DNA of 64,000 nucleotides from Malacoraja senta (GCA_038087875.1 CM075992.1:10046001-10110000), one strand, 5' to 3'. Positions 27,014-39,700 are shown, counted from the first letter of the stretch. Notes: generated by a model not told the origin, from the letters alone. Made by a program: numbers and translations.

Positions 27014-27704
27014 CAGTAATGTAATCGAGGACAACTACCATGACGTTCTTCTTAACCAATAACACAACTCCCCTCATCTTTTACTCCCACCGTTATCACA
27101 CCTATAGGACTTTTATCCCAGAACATTAAAGTGCCAGCCCTATCCCGCCTTAGCCTGTTTTGTAAAACGGCTATAATATCCCAGTCGGATGTTCCTATCC
27201 ACATCCTGAATTCACCCGCATTAACCGTCAAGCATCTCGCATTGAAATAAATAAAATTTTATCCAACAGTCCTTCCTCCCTCCATCCCATGTCGCTGCCT
27301 ATCCTACCAACGGAACTAGCTTCCATCTCATTCCCTATTTAATTGCAGCCTCTTACCTGCTTGCCCTTGATAGGACAAAGGTGGCAACACGGGAATTTAC
27401 ATAGGGAGTCCCTCATGGACAACCTGCACAACTATTATGTCCTCGGGAAAATGAAGCAAAACCATGCACAACATTGCAGGTGTGTCCTATCATCAGACTG
27501 TGGAATTGGAACCTATCTTCCCCATTTCACAGCGCCACGCCCTTTACCAGCTGCAATTTGCTGGTCCAGCCCTTTAACTTGTTGTGAATCAGACCCAAGA
27601 CCAATTAGACCCCTCTGTACATCAGTAATTTGTGTTGTTTTTTCATTCAGAGAATAGATGTCTTTGCCTTTCTGTTCCGTTCCAATGAAGTGCAGAACCA
27701 AGGG

Positions 27705-28570
27705 ACCAGAGTCATAGAGTCATACAGCGTGGAAACAGGTCCTTCGGCCCAACTTGCCCACACTGGCCAATATGTCCCAGCTACACTAGTCCCACCTGCC
27801 CGCGTTTGGTCCATATCCCTCGAAATCTGTCCAGTCCATGCACCTGTCTAACTGTTTCTTAAACGTTGGGATAGTCCCTGCCTCAACTACCACCTCTGGC
27901 AGCTTGTTTCATACACCCACCATCTGTGTGAAAACGTTACCGCTCAGATTCCTATTATATCTTTTCCCCTTAAACCTACGTCATCTGGTCCTCGATTCAT
28001 CTATATTGTTGGCAAGAGACTCTGTGCATTTCCCGATCTATTCCTCTCGTGGAATAGATAGGGTAAATCTATTTACACACCTTTACATACCTCCATAAGA
28101 TCACCCCTCACGCTCCTGTGCTCCAAGTAATAGAGTCCCAGCCTATTCAACCTCTCCATATAGCTCAGACCCTCTAGTCCTGGCAACATCCTCGTAAATC
28201 TTATCTGTACCCTTTCCAGCTTCACAACATCTTGCCTGTTATATGGTGCCCAGAACTGAACACAATACACTAAATGTGTCCTCGCCAACGTATTTTACAG
28301 CTGTAACATGGCCTCCCAATTTCTATACTCTGATTGATGAAGGCCGATATGCCAAACGCCTTTTTGACCACCCTATCTACCTGTGACTCCATCTTCACGG
28401 AACCATGCACCTGCACTCCTAGATCCCTCTGCTCCACAATGGTACCCAAAGCCATACCATCACTGTCCTGCCCATGTTAGACTTCCCAAAATGCAACACC
28501 TCACATTTCCCTGTATTAAATTCCATCAACCATTCCTTAGCCCACTTGGGCAGTCGATCAAGATCCGCAC
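27705..28570 (-). mobile_element. CR1 LINE 3' fragment
   Basis: EQRDLGVQVH..VDRVVKKAFG; HLVYCVQFWAP..RFTRMLPGL; (AGTCATAG)n tail. Confidence 0.85.
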
Positions 28571-30382
28571 GACCACATTCTACAGCTGGTATTCACATCC
28601 AATGTTCCAATTTGGCCCTCTTCTTTGTGTCCCACATGCATTCAAACTCATTTTCCCTTCTCCCCTCCTCGCTTCCAATTCTCCGCTCCCTATCGACCTA
28701 AATTCCTTCATTAGGCTTCACAATTCTCACCTGTCCTTATCTCATACCTTTTGTCTCTTCATCTCTGCCCCCACTGCTCTTCCACCCTTTCACCCCCATT
28801 ATAATGCCTTTCGGCCCACCATAGCATGCCGTCTATTAGTACATATATTTACTAATCCAATAGCCGCCATGCCTGGCCGATTCAAATCCACATTCAATTT
28901 TGCCTTGGGGGGATCTTTCTCTTCCTCATCGATGCATTTAATAACTTAGTGGCATCCGTCGGGTCACCTAGATTTCATCGACTCGAAGGAAAACCAATCC
29001 ATGCTCACAACGGAAACAAAACGTCCAGGCAAAATTATCGAATCTCTTCAAGGCTTTTCAGTGCAGTCACGCAATTCCTAAAGCACCGCAAGGACTGCAT
29101 ATAGCATTCCAGCTGTGTGCAAGGCAATGTCTTCGAAATTTGGCCCAAATCTTCATTTTTAATACATTCTCTGCCTAGGCTAATAAAATATGTTACAAAC
29201 GAGTTATTTGGGGAGTTTCATTGCGGGGAGAGATGAGATAGGCTGAGTTTGTTTTGACTGGAGAGACGGAGACTATAGTGGTGTGTACTATGACGAGAGG
29301 CATGGATACAGAGGATCTTTTGTCCAGGGTATGGGTATTAAATCCAAGAACATGATTAACGTATGAGGACTGCGTTTTAAAGGGGATCTGATGAGTTTAC
29401 TTTACACAGAGCATGGGTGGAGATCTGGAACCCGCTGTTTCGGTTCACGATGGAATGACATACGGTGAGGCAACTAGTAAGTTATTTAGTGTGTAGGAAG
29501 GAATTGCAGATGCTGGCTTACACCGAAGAGAGACACGCATAATACTGGAGTAACTCAGCGGGACAGGCAGCATCACTGGGGAGAACGAATGGGTGACGTT
29601 TCGGGTCGAGACCCTTCTTCCGACTTCTTTGAAAGTTCTGAAGAAGGGTCTGGAGCCGGAACGTCATCCATTAATTCTCTCTAGTAAGGTATTTGAATAG
29701 GATGAGCTCCTCCTATTGTAGTAGGATAAAGCGGGAATATGTGATTATTGGCATGGGCACGGAGAGCCGTAGGGCCGGGTTTGTTGCCGCCTGACCTCTG
29801 GCTCTCTGAACCCATCTACCAATGCTGCCACTTTGACGTGTTCTCTGGATTTGTGCACCGATGCACGTGTGTTCAACAATATATCCATTGTTGGTATATA
29901 CCCTGTTTGTATCGGACACTCAAAATACATTGCTTCACATGTGCAGGGACAAAATGACATCAGTCATTGTACCGCATTTGATGTCTTCTATCCACAGCTC
30001 CCAAGAAAGGACATCTACCAGATTCCGTAACGCCGTTTTGATGTCAATAGATGCTGCCGGACTGCTGTGGCTTTTCAACATTTCCTGTTTTTATTCCTTA
30101 CTCGGAAGATACACACTGAAGAGCGGGACATTTGTTAGATGGTGCGATTCACAGTCGCGGGGACATGCGGACGATTGTTGTACGGTTCCATGCAATGAGA
30201 AAGATTGTCATTTGAACGATAGGCTTTCTGCACATTATGAGTGCAGAAACAAATCCTGATAAAGACACACATATTGTACCCCTGCGGAAAACGACAGAGC
30301 CTCACTGGGCACATGGTCACTCCGAGCTGAAATCGCTTTTAAAACATGGTGGGAGGGACTCAATAAGGCAGAACATCTAGGA

Positions 30383-30425
30383 CAGGGGTCGGCAAACAAC
30401 GGCCCACGTGCCGGATCCGGCCCGC
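30383..30425 (+). mobile_element. hAT (Charlie-like) transposon left end
   Basis: CAGGGGTCGGCAAAC..GGCCC..GCCGGATCCGGCCC, preceded by a TCTAG-containing target-like 8-mer. No matching right end found. Confidence 0.55.
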
Positions 30426-30739
30426 ATTTTCCCATGTAGATGAAGTGTAGAATCGGAGTAAAAAGGGGTATAGGCGTTGATGCCAAACTAGAGAGAACGA
30501 AGTGCATCCGCGTAGATATCGAATAGATGACATGATCGATTCGAGATCACTGACGGCCCATTTCCGCAAGGTATCTCTTTAGTACGGGTTAGTTTGATTA
30601 GAACGGACGTCAGGGATTATGGGGAGAAGACACGAGAATCGGGTTGAGGGACAGATAGATCAGACAGCATTGAATTGCGGAGTTGACGATGGGCCGAGTG
30701 TCCTAATTCTGCTCCTCTCACTTATGAACTATTCTTTTT

Positions 30740-31015
30740 AAAGAGATACAAGGCCTTTGGGCCACCGGTCCATCGGTTACCCGTTCACACTAGTCTATTC
30801 GATCCCATCCTGTACACTAGGGGCAATTTACAGAAACCAATAAATCTACACACCTGCAAGTGTTTGGGATGTGGGAGGAAACCAGAAGGACCCGGAGAAA
30901 TGCCACGAGGTCATGTCGAGAACGTATAAATTCCGCAGAGGTCGCTCAGGGGGTTGCAATCGAACCCCGGTCTCTGGTGCGAGGCAGCTGCTCTAACGCT
31001 GCACCACTGTGCCGC
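30740..31015 (-). mobile_element. tRNA-derived SINE
   Basis: Same family as 11167-11475; A and B boxes at ~30955-31010. Confidence 0.75.
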
Positions 31016-31109
31016 ACACAATTCTAATCGTCCTTTTTTTCTCCTCACTGTTGCTTTTTCGAATAACTTGCCAATCCCAGGAAGACAATGATTCCTCTCT
31101 AGGCGGCGC

Positions 31110-32020
31110 TCATTTGTTTAGTCTATTAATTAAATTAATAATTGACGTGAATGGATATTTTGCTGCATTCATGAATTGTTCTCTAAACTTGGACTGCGTC
31201 ACTCCATAAATAAAGGTATTTGTGCAGCAACTTAATGTCCGTAACATGTATCCTGACTGTGAAAATATGTGTTCCGAATCGCTGTAATTATTGGGATCCG
31301 CCCTGGCAATTGTGTAGTAAAAGAATTCGACAACGTGCAGCAGCCACAAGAGGATGAAGCTGCCGGATATGGTGAAGAGCAAGATCATGGATCTCCTCCT
31401 GCTCTGCATTTCCGGGTCTCTGCTGTTCTCCCCGTTGTTTGGAACCTTCAGTCCCTTGCGGACGCGATTTGCCGCTAAAATGTATCTGACTGTCAGAGCG
31501 TTGAGCAACAGTATGACCGCGAACGGGATCAAAGGTGTCAGGATAGTATCCATCCAATCAAATGCCACCCACCAGCGATTCGTAAAGTAGCTCGGCTTCT
31601 CGAAACAGTCCCAGGGTACGTTGTCGACCACCCTCGACGGCTCTTGAGCAAAGTAGAAGGGAATGTTTTTCAGACAGAACAGAAGACCAGTAGTTGCCAG
31701 AACCGCGGCCGCTGTTTTCGCGGTGCAATATTTTGTTTTCAACTTCTGGCAGCAAATGGCAACAAAGCGATCAAAGGTGAAAGCAACGGTGAACCAGACA
31801 GAGCATTGTACTGCTGCGTTAAGCAGTGCGGCGATTACACTACAAACAGGCGTGATGTCCAGGAACGTCCCCCGAAAATAATAGTAACTGATTCGCCATA
31901 GTATAACTTCAGTTATGATAGTCATCAGATCGGCCGCTGCCATGGCCACCAGGTAGCGAGTGGTGCAGGTGGAGAGGCCGCACTTTCCCCGGGACAGGAT
32001 CGCTATCGCCACTAAATTCA
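31110..32020 (-). CDS. gpr139-like: Class A orphan GPCR, GPR139/GPR142-like, coding exon 2 (end of TM1 to stop)
   Basis: Uninterrupted 303-codon ORF with seven-TM pattern: NLVAIAILSRGKCGLS, TM2 YLVAMAAADL, TM3 FTFDRFVAICC (DRY variant), ECL2 Cys (PWDC), TM5 PLIPF..LLLNALT, TM7 SCCTNTFIY (NPxxY variant). Splice acceptor tttgtttttccag|TGAAT on the minus strand (AG at 32022-32021), so the ORF-track GTG start is an artefact. Confidence 0.9.
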
Positions 32021-32174
32021 CTGGAAAAACAAATTAAACAATTACTGAAATTATTCTCATGTCAGTCACCGGGTCTCCGGCCAGACGGTTGTGGCTGACT
32101 TTGCCTAGTCAAACTTTGATTCAAGGTCAGCGAGGCGTGGACATTTAGAATGACGACAAGGAAGAAGAGACGTA

Positions 32175-33420
32175 GAAGCACCGCCATTCAATATGATCAA
32201 GGCTGATTATCCAAAATTAGTACCCCGTTCTGGCTTTTCCCACATATCCCTTGATTCCCTTAGCCATAAGAGCTTAAACTAACTCTCTCTTAAAAACATC
32301 CAGTGAATTTCCACTGCCTTCTGTGGCAGAGAATTCCACAGATTCACAACTCTCTGAAAAAGTTTGTGAAAAGGTTTTTCCTCATCTCAGTCCTAAATGG
32401 CCGACCCCTTATTCTTAAACTGTGACCCCTGGTTCTGGATTCCCCCAACATCGCGAACATTTTCCCCTCAGCTACCCTGTCCAATCCTCTAAGAATGTTT
32501 TATGTTTCTGTAAGATCCTCTCTCGTCCTAAATTCCAGCGAATACCAGCCCATTCGACCCATTCTTTCATCATATGCCAGTCCCGCCGTCTCGGGAATTA
32601 ACCTGGTGAACATACGCTGCACTCCCTCAAAAGCAATAATGTTCTTCCTCAAATTAGGAGACCATAATTGCACACAATACTCCAGGTGCGGTCTCACCAG
32701 GGCCCTGTACAACTTCAGTAGGACCTCCTTGCTCCTAAACGCAAATCAACTCAACTCAAATCCTCTCGCAATGAAGGCCAACATGCCATTAGCTTTCTTC
32801 ACTGCCTGCTGCAACTGCATGCTTACTTTCAGTGACTGATGTACAAGGGCACCCAGGTTTCGTTGCACCTTCCCTTCTCCTTATCTGCCACCATTCAGAC
32901 AATAATCTGCCTTCCAGTTCTTGCCACCAAGGTGGAAAACCTCACATGTATCCACATTATACTGCATCTGCCATGCTTATTCCCACTCACCCATGCTCTC
33001 CAAATCACCCTGCAGCCTCATAGCATCCTCCTCGCAGCTCACACTGCCACCCAGCTTTGTGTCATCTGCAAACTTAGAGATGTTACATTTAATCCCCTCG
33101 TTTAAACCATTAATATATATTGTAGACAACTGGGGTCCCAGCGCCGGCATCCCACTAGTCAATGCCTGCCATTCTGAAAAGGACCCGTTAATTCCTACTC
33201 TTTGTTTCCTGTCTGCCAACCAGTTCTCTATCCATGTCAATACCCTACGTTGTGCTATAAATTTGCACACTAATCTCCTGTGTGGGACCTTGTTAAAGGC
33301 TTTTGAAAGTCCAGATACATCACATCCACTAGCTCTCCCTTATGCAATCTACTTGTTACATCCTCAAAAAATTCCCCAAAATTAGTCAAGCATGATTTCC
33401 CCTTCATAAATCCATGCTGA
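32175..33420 (-). mobile_element. CR1 LINE RT-3' fragment in the GPCR intron
   Basis: [54 protein letters not shown]. Confidence 0.88.
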
Positions 33421-33429
33421 CTCAGACCA

Positions 33430-34715
33430 AGAGTTCGACGTAGGTACGAGTCAGGGTGGGTCATTAGGTAGTGGGGGGGGGGGGGGGGGGTTGTAGGCTA
33501 GTTACCTAAAATTGATAGTTCAATTTATACGGTTGGGTTGTAGGCTGCTCCAGCAGAATATGCGGCGCTATTTCACCCAATTTCGTGTGCAAATGAGGTT
33601 TCGGGACAGAAAGGTCGGTATGGTGAAGGAAAAGGGGATTGATATGAATAGCAACCGGGAGATCCAGTACGCCTATGCGGACCGAGTTCGGTAAAACTGT
33701 TGCCTTGTTCTATGAATCTATGCTTAGTCTGGACAACGTGAAGGAGGCCATGCTGGGAACACTGGATGCAGTAGATGAGGTTAGAGGAGTTATTCATGAA
33801 CCTCTGTCTTATCTGGACGAACTTCTGAGGTCCCTGGATGGAGTAGAGGGAGGAGGTATAAGGACATGTGACGCATCTCCTACTGTGGTTGGGGAAAGTA
33901 CCCGGGGAGGGGCTGGGGAGAATGGTTTGAATGGGAGGGATGCGTAAACCAAGGAGTTGCAGAGGGAGCGGTCACTGTGAAAAGTGGAATTGGGTGAGGG
34001 TGGGAGATGTGACTAGTGGCGGGATCACGTTGGAGGTGTTGAAAATGTCGGAGAATGCTGTGTTGTATGCGGAGGCCGGTACGGTGAAAGGTATGGACCA
34101 GTGGAATTTTATCATTGCTCCTTCTGGGGGGAGAGGGGGGTCTAAACTCCTTGATTCATTCACCCCCCTCCCCAAACCACGCTCTCCACAGGTACTTTAC
34201 CATGTTGAAGCAGGAAATGTAACACCCCTTCCATTGACAGTATGAGGCCACATGCAAACGGGATGAACAGCATCTCATGTTCCGTTTGGTTAGCTTACAG
34301 CCTAATGGTATGAACATTGAATTGTCCAATTTAGGTACTAACCTCTAATCCCTCTACTCCCTTCTACCCTCTTCCCCTCTTTCCTGTTACCGACCTGGAC
34401 TAGCACCAGTTTCTGCCAACCCCTCCCCTACCACATACATTCCTTCCTCTGGCTTCACTATTGCTACCTCTTCTATCCTTACCGCACACCTTTTGCCTGT
34501 TTACCGCTGAACTTTGTGCAACCATGTACCAGTCAATGTCCACAACCCCCTACCCGTTTCCAGCTAACACTCGCTGAGCTTTCTGTTGCTCCTCATCTCT
34601 TGCAGCATCCCCCCTCCTGCACAATCAGTCTGAAGTAGGGACCCGACCTGAAAGGTCAGCTGTCTATGCTCTACAGAAATGCTGCCTGACCGCCTGCGTT
34701 ATTCCAGCCATTTGG
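33430..34715. mobile_element. Penelope-like element with inverted segment
   Basis: Minus-strand SSNLIYCIQCSQHGLLHVVQTKHR (GIY-YIG) at 33570-33800; plus-strand copy of the same family from ~34150 ending in the hammerhead-like pLTR at ~34630. Confidence 0.7.
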
Positions 34716-35599
34716 CGGAGGCTCTGTGTGTGCTGTTCCAGGAAAGGATCTATTGTAACCATTATAGTATGATTGGACGGAATAACACGCAGAACAACAA
34801 TTTTTGCACATTTGACAATCAACAAACCAAACTAAACAGAATCTGTATCTCCCGCCCACTTTATCCTTACCGAGTGAACAGGGAAACGCGCTTTTCTATT
34901 GCGGAATAATTTTTGAGTAATAAGCCAAGTAAAAGCATGCCTGAAGCTGAGTATAATCCTCCGAGCGAACTTGAAATAAACTAGTAGTTTCACTCTCCAA
35001 ATGTCCGAAGCATGCCGGTTTAACGGAAATTCAGTGAAACTGAAATTCAGTTTAACCGAAATCTCTGACATCGCACACGTGGCTGAGAATAAAAGGCAAC
35101 AAATACCTGTTGCACATCACATGAGTGAAATGGAATACTGCACATTGTTTTGTAGTTAACATTAGTAATCCCTGTATTTCTCAGCCGTCGTTTCACTATA
35201 TTAGCACCATCAAGTATTGTGTAACTGCACAGTCGATTGTAATCCGACTGGATACGGATCACTATCCGTGAGAATTATACTGCCGAAACGCCAATCTAAA
35301 GACTGATAAACTAAATAGTGGTTCACGGAACTGCAGTTCATTGTATTTAATGCCTGGATAACGGGCTAAACCTTTGGACGAGGGTCTTGTGGTCAACGCG
35401 GATGAAGGATCGCGGACCACTTTCACTTTCTCATTTTCTCCTTGCGCAGATACTACGTGACCCGTTCAGTATTTCCAGTATTTTCTGTTTCAATTGCATC
35501 TACTTATTTTTTATTACATCATTACCTTTGCGATGTCTGAACTTTAACAGACTCCTGAGCCGAAACCCTTAAACCTGTTCACTTTACGGCTAATAATTG

Positions 35600-35897
35600 T
35601 TTAGATTAGTTTAGAGATACAGATATTGCACGGAAACAGGCCCTTCCGCCCACCGTCCGCGCCGACCAGCGATCCCCGCAAACTAATACTATCCTGGGTA
35701 CAATTTACAATTATACCAAGCCAATTAGCCGCCAAACATGTAAGTCTTTGCAATGTAGGAGGAAACCGCAACTCCCAGAGAAAACCCACGCGGGTCACGG
35801 GGAGAACGTACAAACTCCGTGCTGACAGCACCCGTAGTCAGGATCGAACCCGGGTCTCTGCGGCTACAAGGCAGTAGCTCTACCGCTGGGCCACCCG
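35600..35897 (-). mobile_element. tRNA-derived SINE (GPCR intron)
   Basis: Same family; GGTGGCCCAGCGG and GGTTCGATCC boxes; (CTAA)n tail. Confidence 0.8.
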
Positions 35898-36575
35898 GTG
35901 TGCAAACAAAGTCGGCTCTAATAAAATTATCTGTTATCTGCCGATTTGGAAATCCCAACGGTTCGTCATCTGATTTATAGATAATCTATCCCTATTGACA
36001 GGTCTGAAAAAGGGCCTCGACTCGAAACGTCATCAATTCCATTTCTCCAGAGATGTTGCCTGTCTCGCGGAGTTACTCCAGCTTTTTGCCTACAGGTAAT
36101 CTATCCTTTGCTCCCATGAAATTCGCGTGCGCTCTATATCCTCGGCTATTTTCAAACTTCCTGAAATCTCTGGAACACATCTTATAATACTTTATTTGAT
36201 ATTTAGCTAATAAATTAAAGTATATTGTGGTACTAACAACGAATAAACGCCACCTCCGCGTCCCTTAAAGTCCGGATGGTACCGAATTACTGGAGTTTAA
36301 ATCGTAATCATAACTCCTCTGGCGCATGCCATTAGTTTGCAAAACCAAACCTTCTCCCACCACTTCCTCCGTGCGGCTGTTTCAACTGTTTTTCAGCCGA
36401 TACAACAGAATAAATCACAGACGGCGCTTCCTGACTTGCAATGATTTTTTTACAGACATCCACGCATTGTTTACAGATTTATCTCTAATACAATATTGTC
36501 CAGGACAGGACGAGTCCGTAGAATGTTACACTCGTACAAACAAAATTACAAAATGTATGTTGCTTATGTTCTTAC

Positions 36576-36642
36576 CAGGAACTCCAATAACGGCAAAGAT
36601 CAGATAACATATTTTTCTCACGCTGTAAAATGAGGCACGCAT
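36576..36642 (-). CDS. gpr139-like: Coding exon 1 of the same GPCR (MRASFYSVRKICYLIFAVIGVP + 1 nt)
   Basis: ATG at 36642; 67 nt = 22 codons + G; then donor GTAAGA. Phase 1 joins exon 2 (G|TG AAT TTA = V-N-L) and completes TM1 as ..IGVPVNLVAI. Total CDS 978 nt, 325 aa. Confidence 0.85.
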
Positions 36643-36725
36643 GTTGTGCGAGAAGCAATCTGTTTCCGAGTCTACTCGGTCGCTCTAAGGTGACCTCTGA
36701 GCAAGTGCCGTTCCATGATGATTCA

Positions 36726-36811
36726 TTTATACCCTCCAGTTATTGCCCGCTCAACCTTGCAAGCAATCTGCATCGTTCGACGTTTGCTGTTGTTTTGACG
36801 ACGTTACGTCA
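36726..36811 (-). promoter_or_regulatory. Candidate core promoter of the GPCR: TATAAA box and CRE-like TGACGTAA
   Basis: Minus-strand TATAAA at 36726-36731, about 85 nt upstream of the ATG; TGACGTAA at 36804-36811; both in non-repeat sequence. Confidence 0.45.
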
Positions 36812-37499
36812 TTCATGTTAGCTGGCAAATGTAATGAGGTATGTTTTGCTACACACTGGGATTGCATAATGTGAGCCAGGAGGCAATAATGACCCGAATG
36901 TTGGGTTCTTGTCGGAAAACAGACCTGATACTCATGTGCACCTAACACATTGTCTCTTTTGACGTTTTTTTGGTCGCGCTGCTACATTCTGTCACATTTC
37001 TAATTTCACTGTTACCACATAATTTAATGTGGAAAATGTTGGTTAAAACTCATTCGATCATCAAGAAAACTACGTGTTTACTATGTTTACGTATTTTCTT
37101 TATCGAAGTCATGATGGTAACAGAGATTTTATATTGAAGTATCTCTGTTAGAAACATAGGACATAGAACCCTTTGGCCCACATTGTCTATGGCGACTGTA
37201 AAAAGCCAAGATAAACTACTCTCTGAAAATAAACATAAAAAGCTGAAGTAACTCAGCGGCAACATCTCTGGAGAGCAGGAATAGGTGACATTTCGGGTGA
37301 GACCCTTCTTCAGATTAGTTAGGGATAAATGAAACGAAAGATATTGAGATAAAACAATGAATGAAAGATATGCAAAAAAGTAACGATGATAAAGGACAAT
37401 AGACAATAGACAATAGGTGCAGGAGTAGGCCGTTCGGCCCTTCGAGCCAGCACCGCCATTCAATATGATCATGGCTGATCAAGGAAACATGCCAATGTT

Positions 37500-38158
37500 A
37501 GTTGTTTGTTGGGTGAAAACGAGAAGCTGGTGCGACTTGGGTGGGGGGAGGGGTGGAGAGAGAGAGAGGGAATGTCGGGTTACTTGAAAGTAGAGAAATT
37601 AATATTCATACCACTGGGCTTGAAGCTGCCCAAGCAAAATGTGAGATGCTGTTCCTCCAATTTGCACTTACCCTCACTCTGACATGGAAGGAGAGCTACG
37701 ACAGAAAGGACAGCGTGGGAATGGGAAGGATAATTAAAGTGTTTAACAACAGGGAGATCAGGTAGGTCCAGGCTGACTGAGCGAAGGCCTTCAACGAAAC
37801 GATCACCCAGTCCACGCTTGGTGTCACAGGTGTAAAAGAGTCTACATCTTGAACAACAAATGCAATAGAGGAGGTTGGAGGAGGTGCAAGTGAACCACTA
37901 CCTAGGTGTCGGGGTCCCTGGACAGAGTCGAGGGAGGCGGTAAAGGGACAGGTTGCAACTTCTGCGGTTGCAGGGGAAGATACCTGGGAGGGGGTGGTTT
38001 GAATGGGAAGGGATGAGTTAACCAGGGAGTTACAGAGGGAACAGCCTCTGCGGAAGGTGGAAATGGGTGGAGCTGAGAAAATGTGACTAGTGTTGGGATC
38101 CCGTTGGATGTGGCGAGAATTTCGGAGGATTATGTGATGTATGCGATGGCTGGTGGGG
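37500..38158 (-). mobile_element. Penelope-like element fragment
   Basis: FTCTSSNLLYCICCSRCRLFYTCDTKRGLGDRFVE.L and CKLEEQHLTFCLGSFKP remnants. Confidence 0.75.
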
Positions 38159-38362
38159 TGTAGATTGGTTACTTCACACTAACCAATTGTAGTGTTTATT
38201 AGTAGAAGCTCCGTCTACCATGCGGTTTATATTATCAGAATTCAGTTCATGCTGTTCGTCGAATAGCTGCTACGCTTGCCTTAACAACATGCTGAAGTGT
38301 ACTGTGAGTAATCTTTAATAAATATGTTGTACCATGTTATGCGAGTGACTGGCTCTTTTACA
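38159..38362 (+). mobile_element. Gypsy-type LTR followed by a tRNA-Leu PBS
   Basis: TG...CA-bounded 204-bp segment containing AATAAA, immediately followed by TGGTGTCAGAAGTG (complement of the tRNA-Leu(CAA) 3' end including CCA). Confidence 0.75.
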
Positions 38363-38376
38363 TGGTGTCAGAAGTG

Positions 38377-38890
38377 CAGAAGAGCCTGCTGATGGGCTGC
38401 ATCACAATCTGTAACGGGAAGTGTTCTGCCCCACAGCCGCAAATCACTACAGAGGGTGGTGAAGGCGGCACAGCACATCACTGGCAACTGTCTCCCGGCC
38501 ATTCAGGACATTTTTCATCAGCGGTGCCTGCAGAAGGCACACAGTATCATCAAGGACCACAGCCACCCAGCACATAGAGTGTTCTCCTTGTTACCGTCAG
38601 GCAGACGATACAGGAGCATGGCTGCACGTACCACCAGACTTAAGAACAGTTTTTACCATCAGGCCGTCAGGCTTCTGAACTCATGAGCACATTTCACATC
38701 ATATATGTTGATTATTTTATTCTTGCCTTTATACTTTACCAATGTCATTTTTAACTTATTTTATCCTTGTAATATTATTGCTGAGGTGACCCGTTGTCTT
38801 GTCAAACACATTTCATTGTACCGTTGACCCTGTGTAACCTTCATATGACAAATACAACTGAATTGAATTGAATTGAATTGAAATTGAATT
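38377..38890 (+). mobile_element. Rex1/Babar-like LINE 3' fragment inserted in the PBS
   Basis: ORF end ..HPAHRVFSLLPSGRRYRSMAARTTRLKNSFYHQAVRLLNS*; (AATTG)n tail; 6-bp TSD GAAGTG (38371-38376 and 38891-38896). Confidence 0.8.
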
Positions 38891-38924
38891 GAAGTGGGAT
38901 TCAAACCCACGCCTCCAATTGGAG

Positions 38925-39700
38925 GAACAGGCCTGAAGTCGCAATCGGTGGAGCTCTGCAGGGAAGCAGCGCCAAGTCCATACTGGGAAGCATCACATGT
39001 GAGTGTCACTCGCAATTTTAAAGCAATGTAGGCCAGGGTTGGAGCACTGGCCAGTTGCAACTTGAGGATTTCAAAAGCTCTTTGGTGCTATGGGGACCAG
39101 GACCAGGACCAGGCAGTGTCTTTGTGGGTCAATTCTCGAAAAGGGGCAGATATATCGCTGAGGTTGGGAATGAATTTCCCAGGTAGTTGACCATTCCTGG
39201 GAATCTCTGTAAACTCGTAACATCAGTGGGAACTGGCATCTCGTTGATGGCAGTGGTCTTGAATGGGTCCAGTCGTTTCCGTTGGTGTGGTCTGTTGCAG
39301 ATAGCGCAGACTTTGACTTTTTCGCGTATATATTTGGTCATACCAGGCCAGTAAAACATGCTCTGCGCTTGTTGTAAGGTTGCTTCCACACCGGGGTGGC
39401 CCCTGAGGATGGTATCGAAGTACTTGTGCCGAAGAACAGCTGGTATAACTGCTTTGTGACCCTTGATTATAATCCCGTCCTGTAGTACTAGTTCGTCGCA
39501 AACTATGTAGTATGGGCGAATCGTAAGTGGGGTACTGTGTTGTTTATATGGCCAGCCACGCCGGATGACTGAGGACAGTAATATTAGAGTCTCATCAGCA
39601 GCCGTGTGCTCTGCCAGGCTGCTTCGGCATTCAGTGGGAACATACTTTCATTACTGAGAACTGGTCCTGGGCTGATGTTCGCAGGTTTTGCGTTAGACCT
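38925..39700 (-). mobile_element. Gypsy pol fragments (integrase Zn-finger; RT/RNaseH junction)
   Basis: GHPGVEATLQQAQSMFYWPGM..CAICN; PTDVTSLQRFPGMVNYLG; VTLTCDASQYGLGA. Confidence 0.85.

Noticed and set aside
28383..28949. 188-aa ORF
   Set aside because: Antisense read-through of CR1 and Penelope fragments.
34975..36305. Possible pogo/Tigger-like MITE ends in the GPCR intron
   Set aside because: The terminal inverted repeats are too degenerate to pair convincingly by eye.
38363..38924. tRNA-Leu gene
   Set aside because: Only the 3' half is present, it includes the CCA and it abuts an LTR. It is a primer-derived copy, not a gene.
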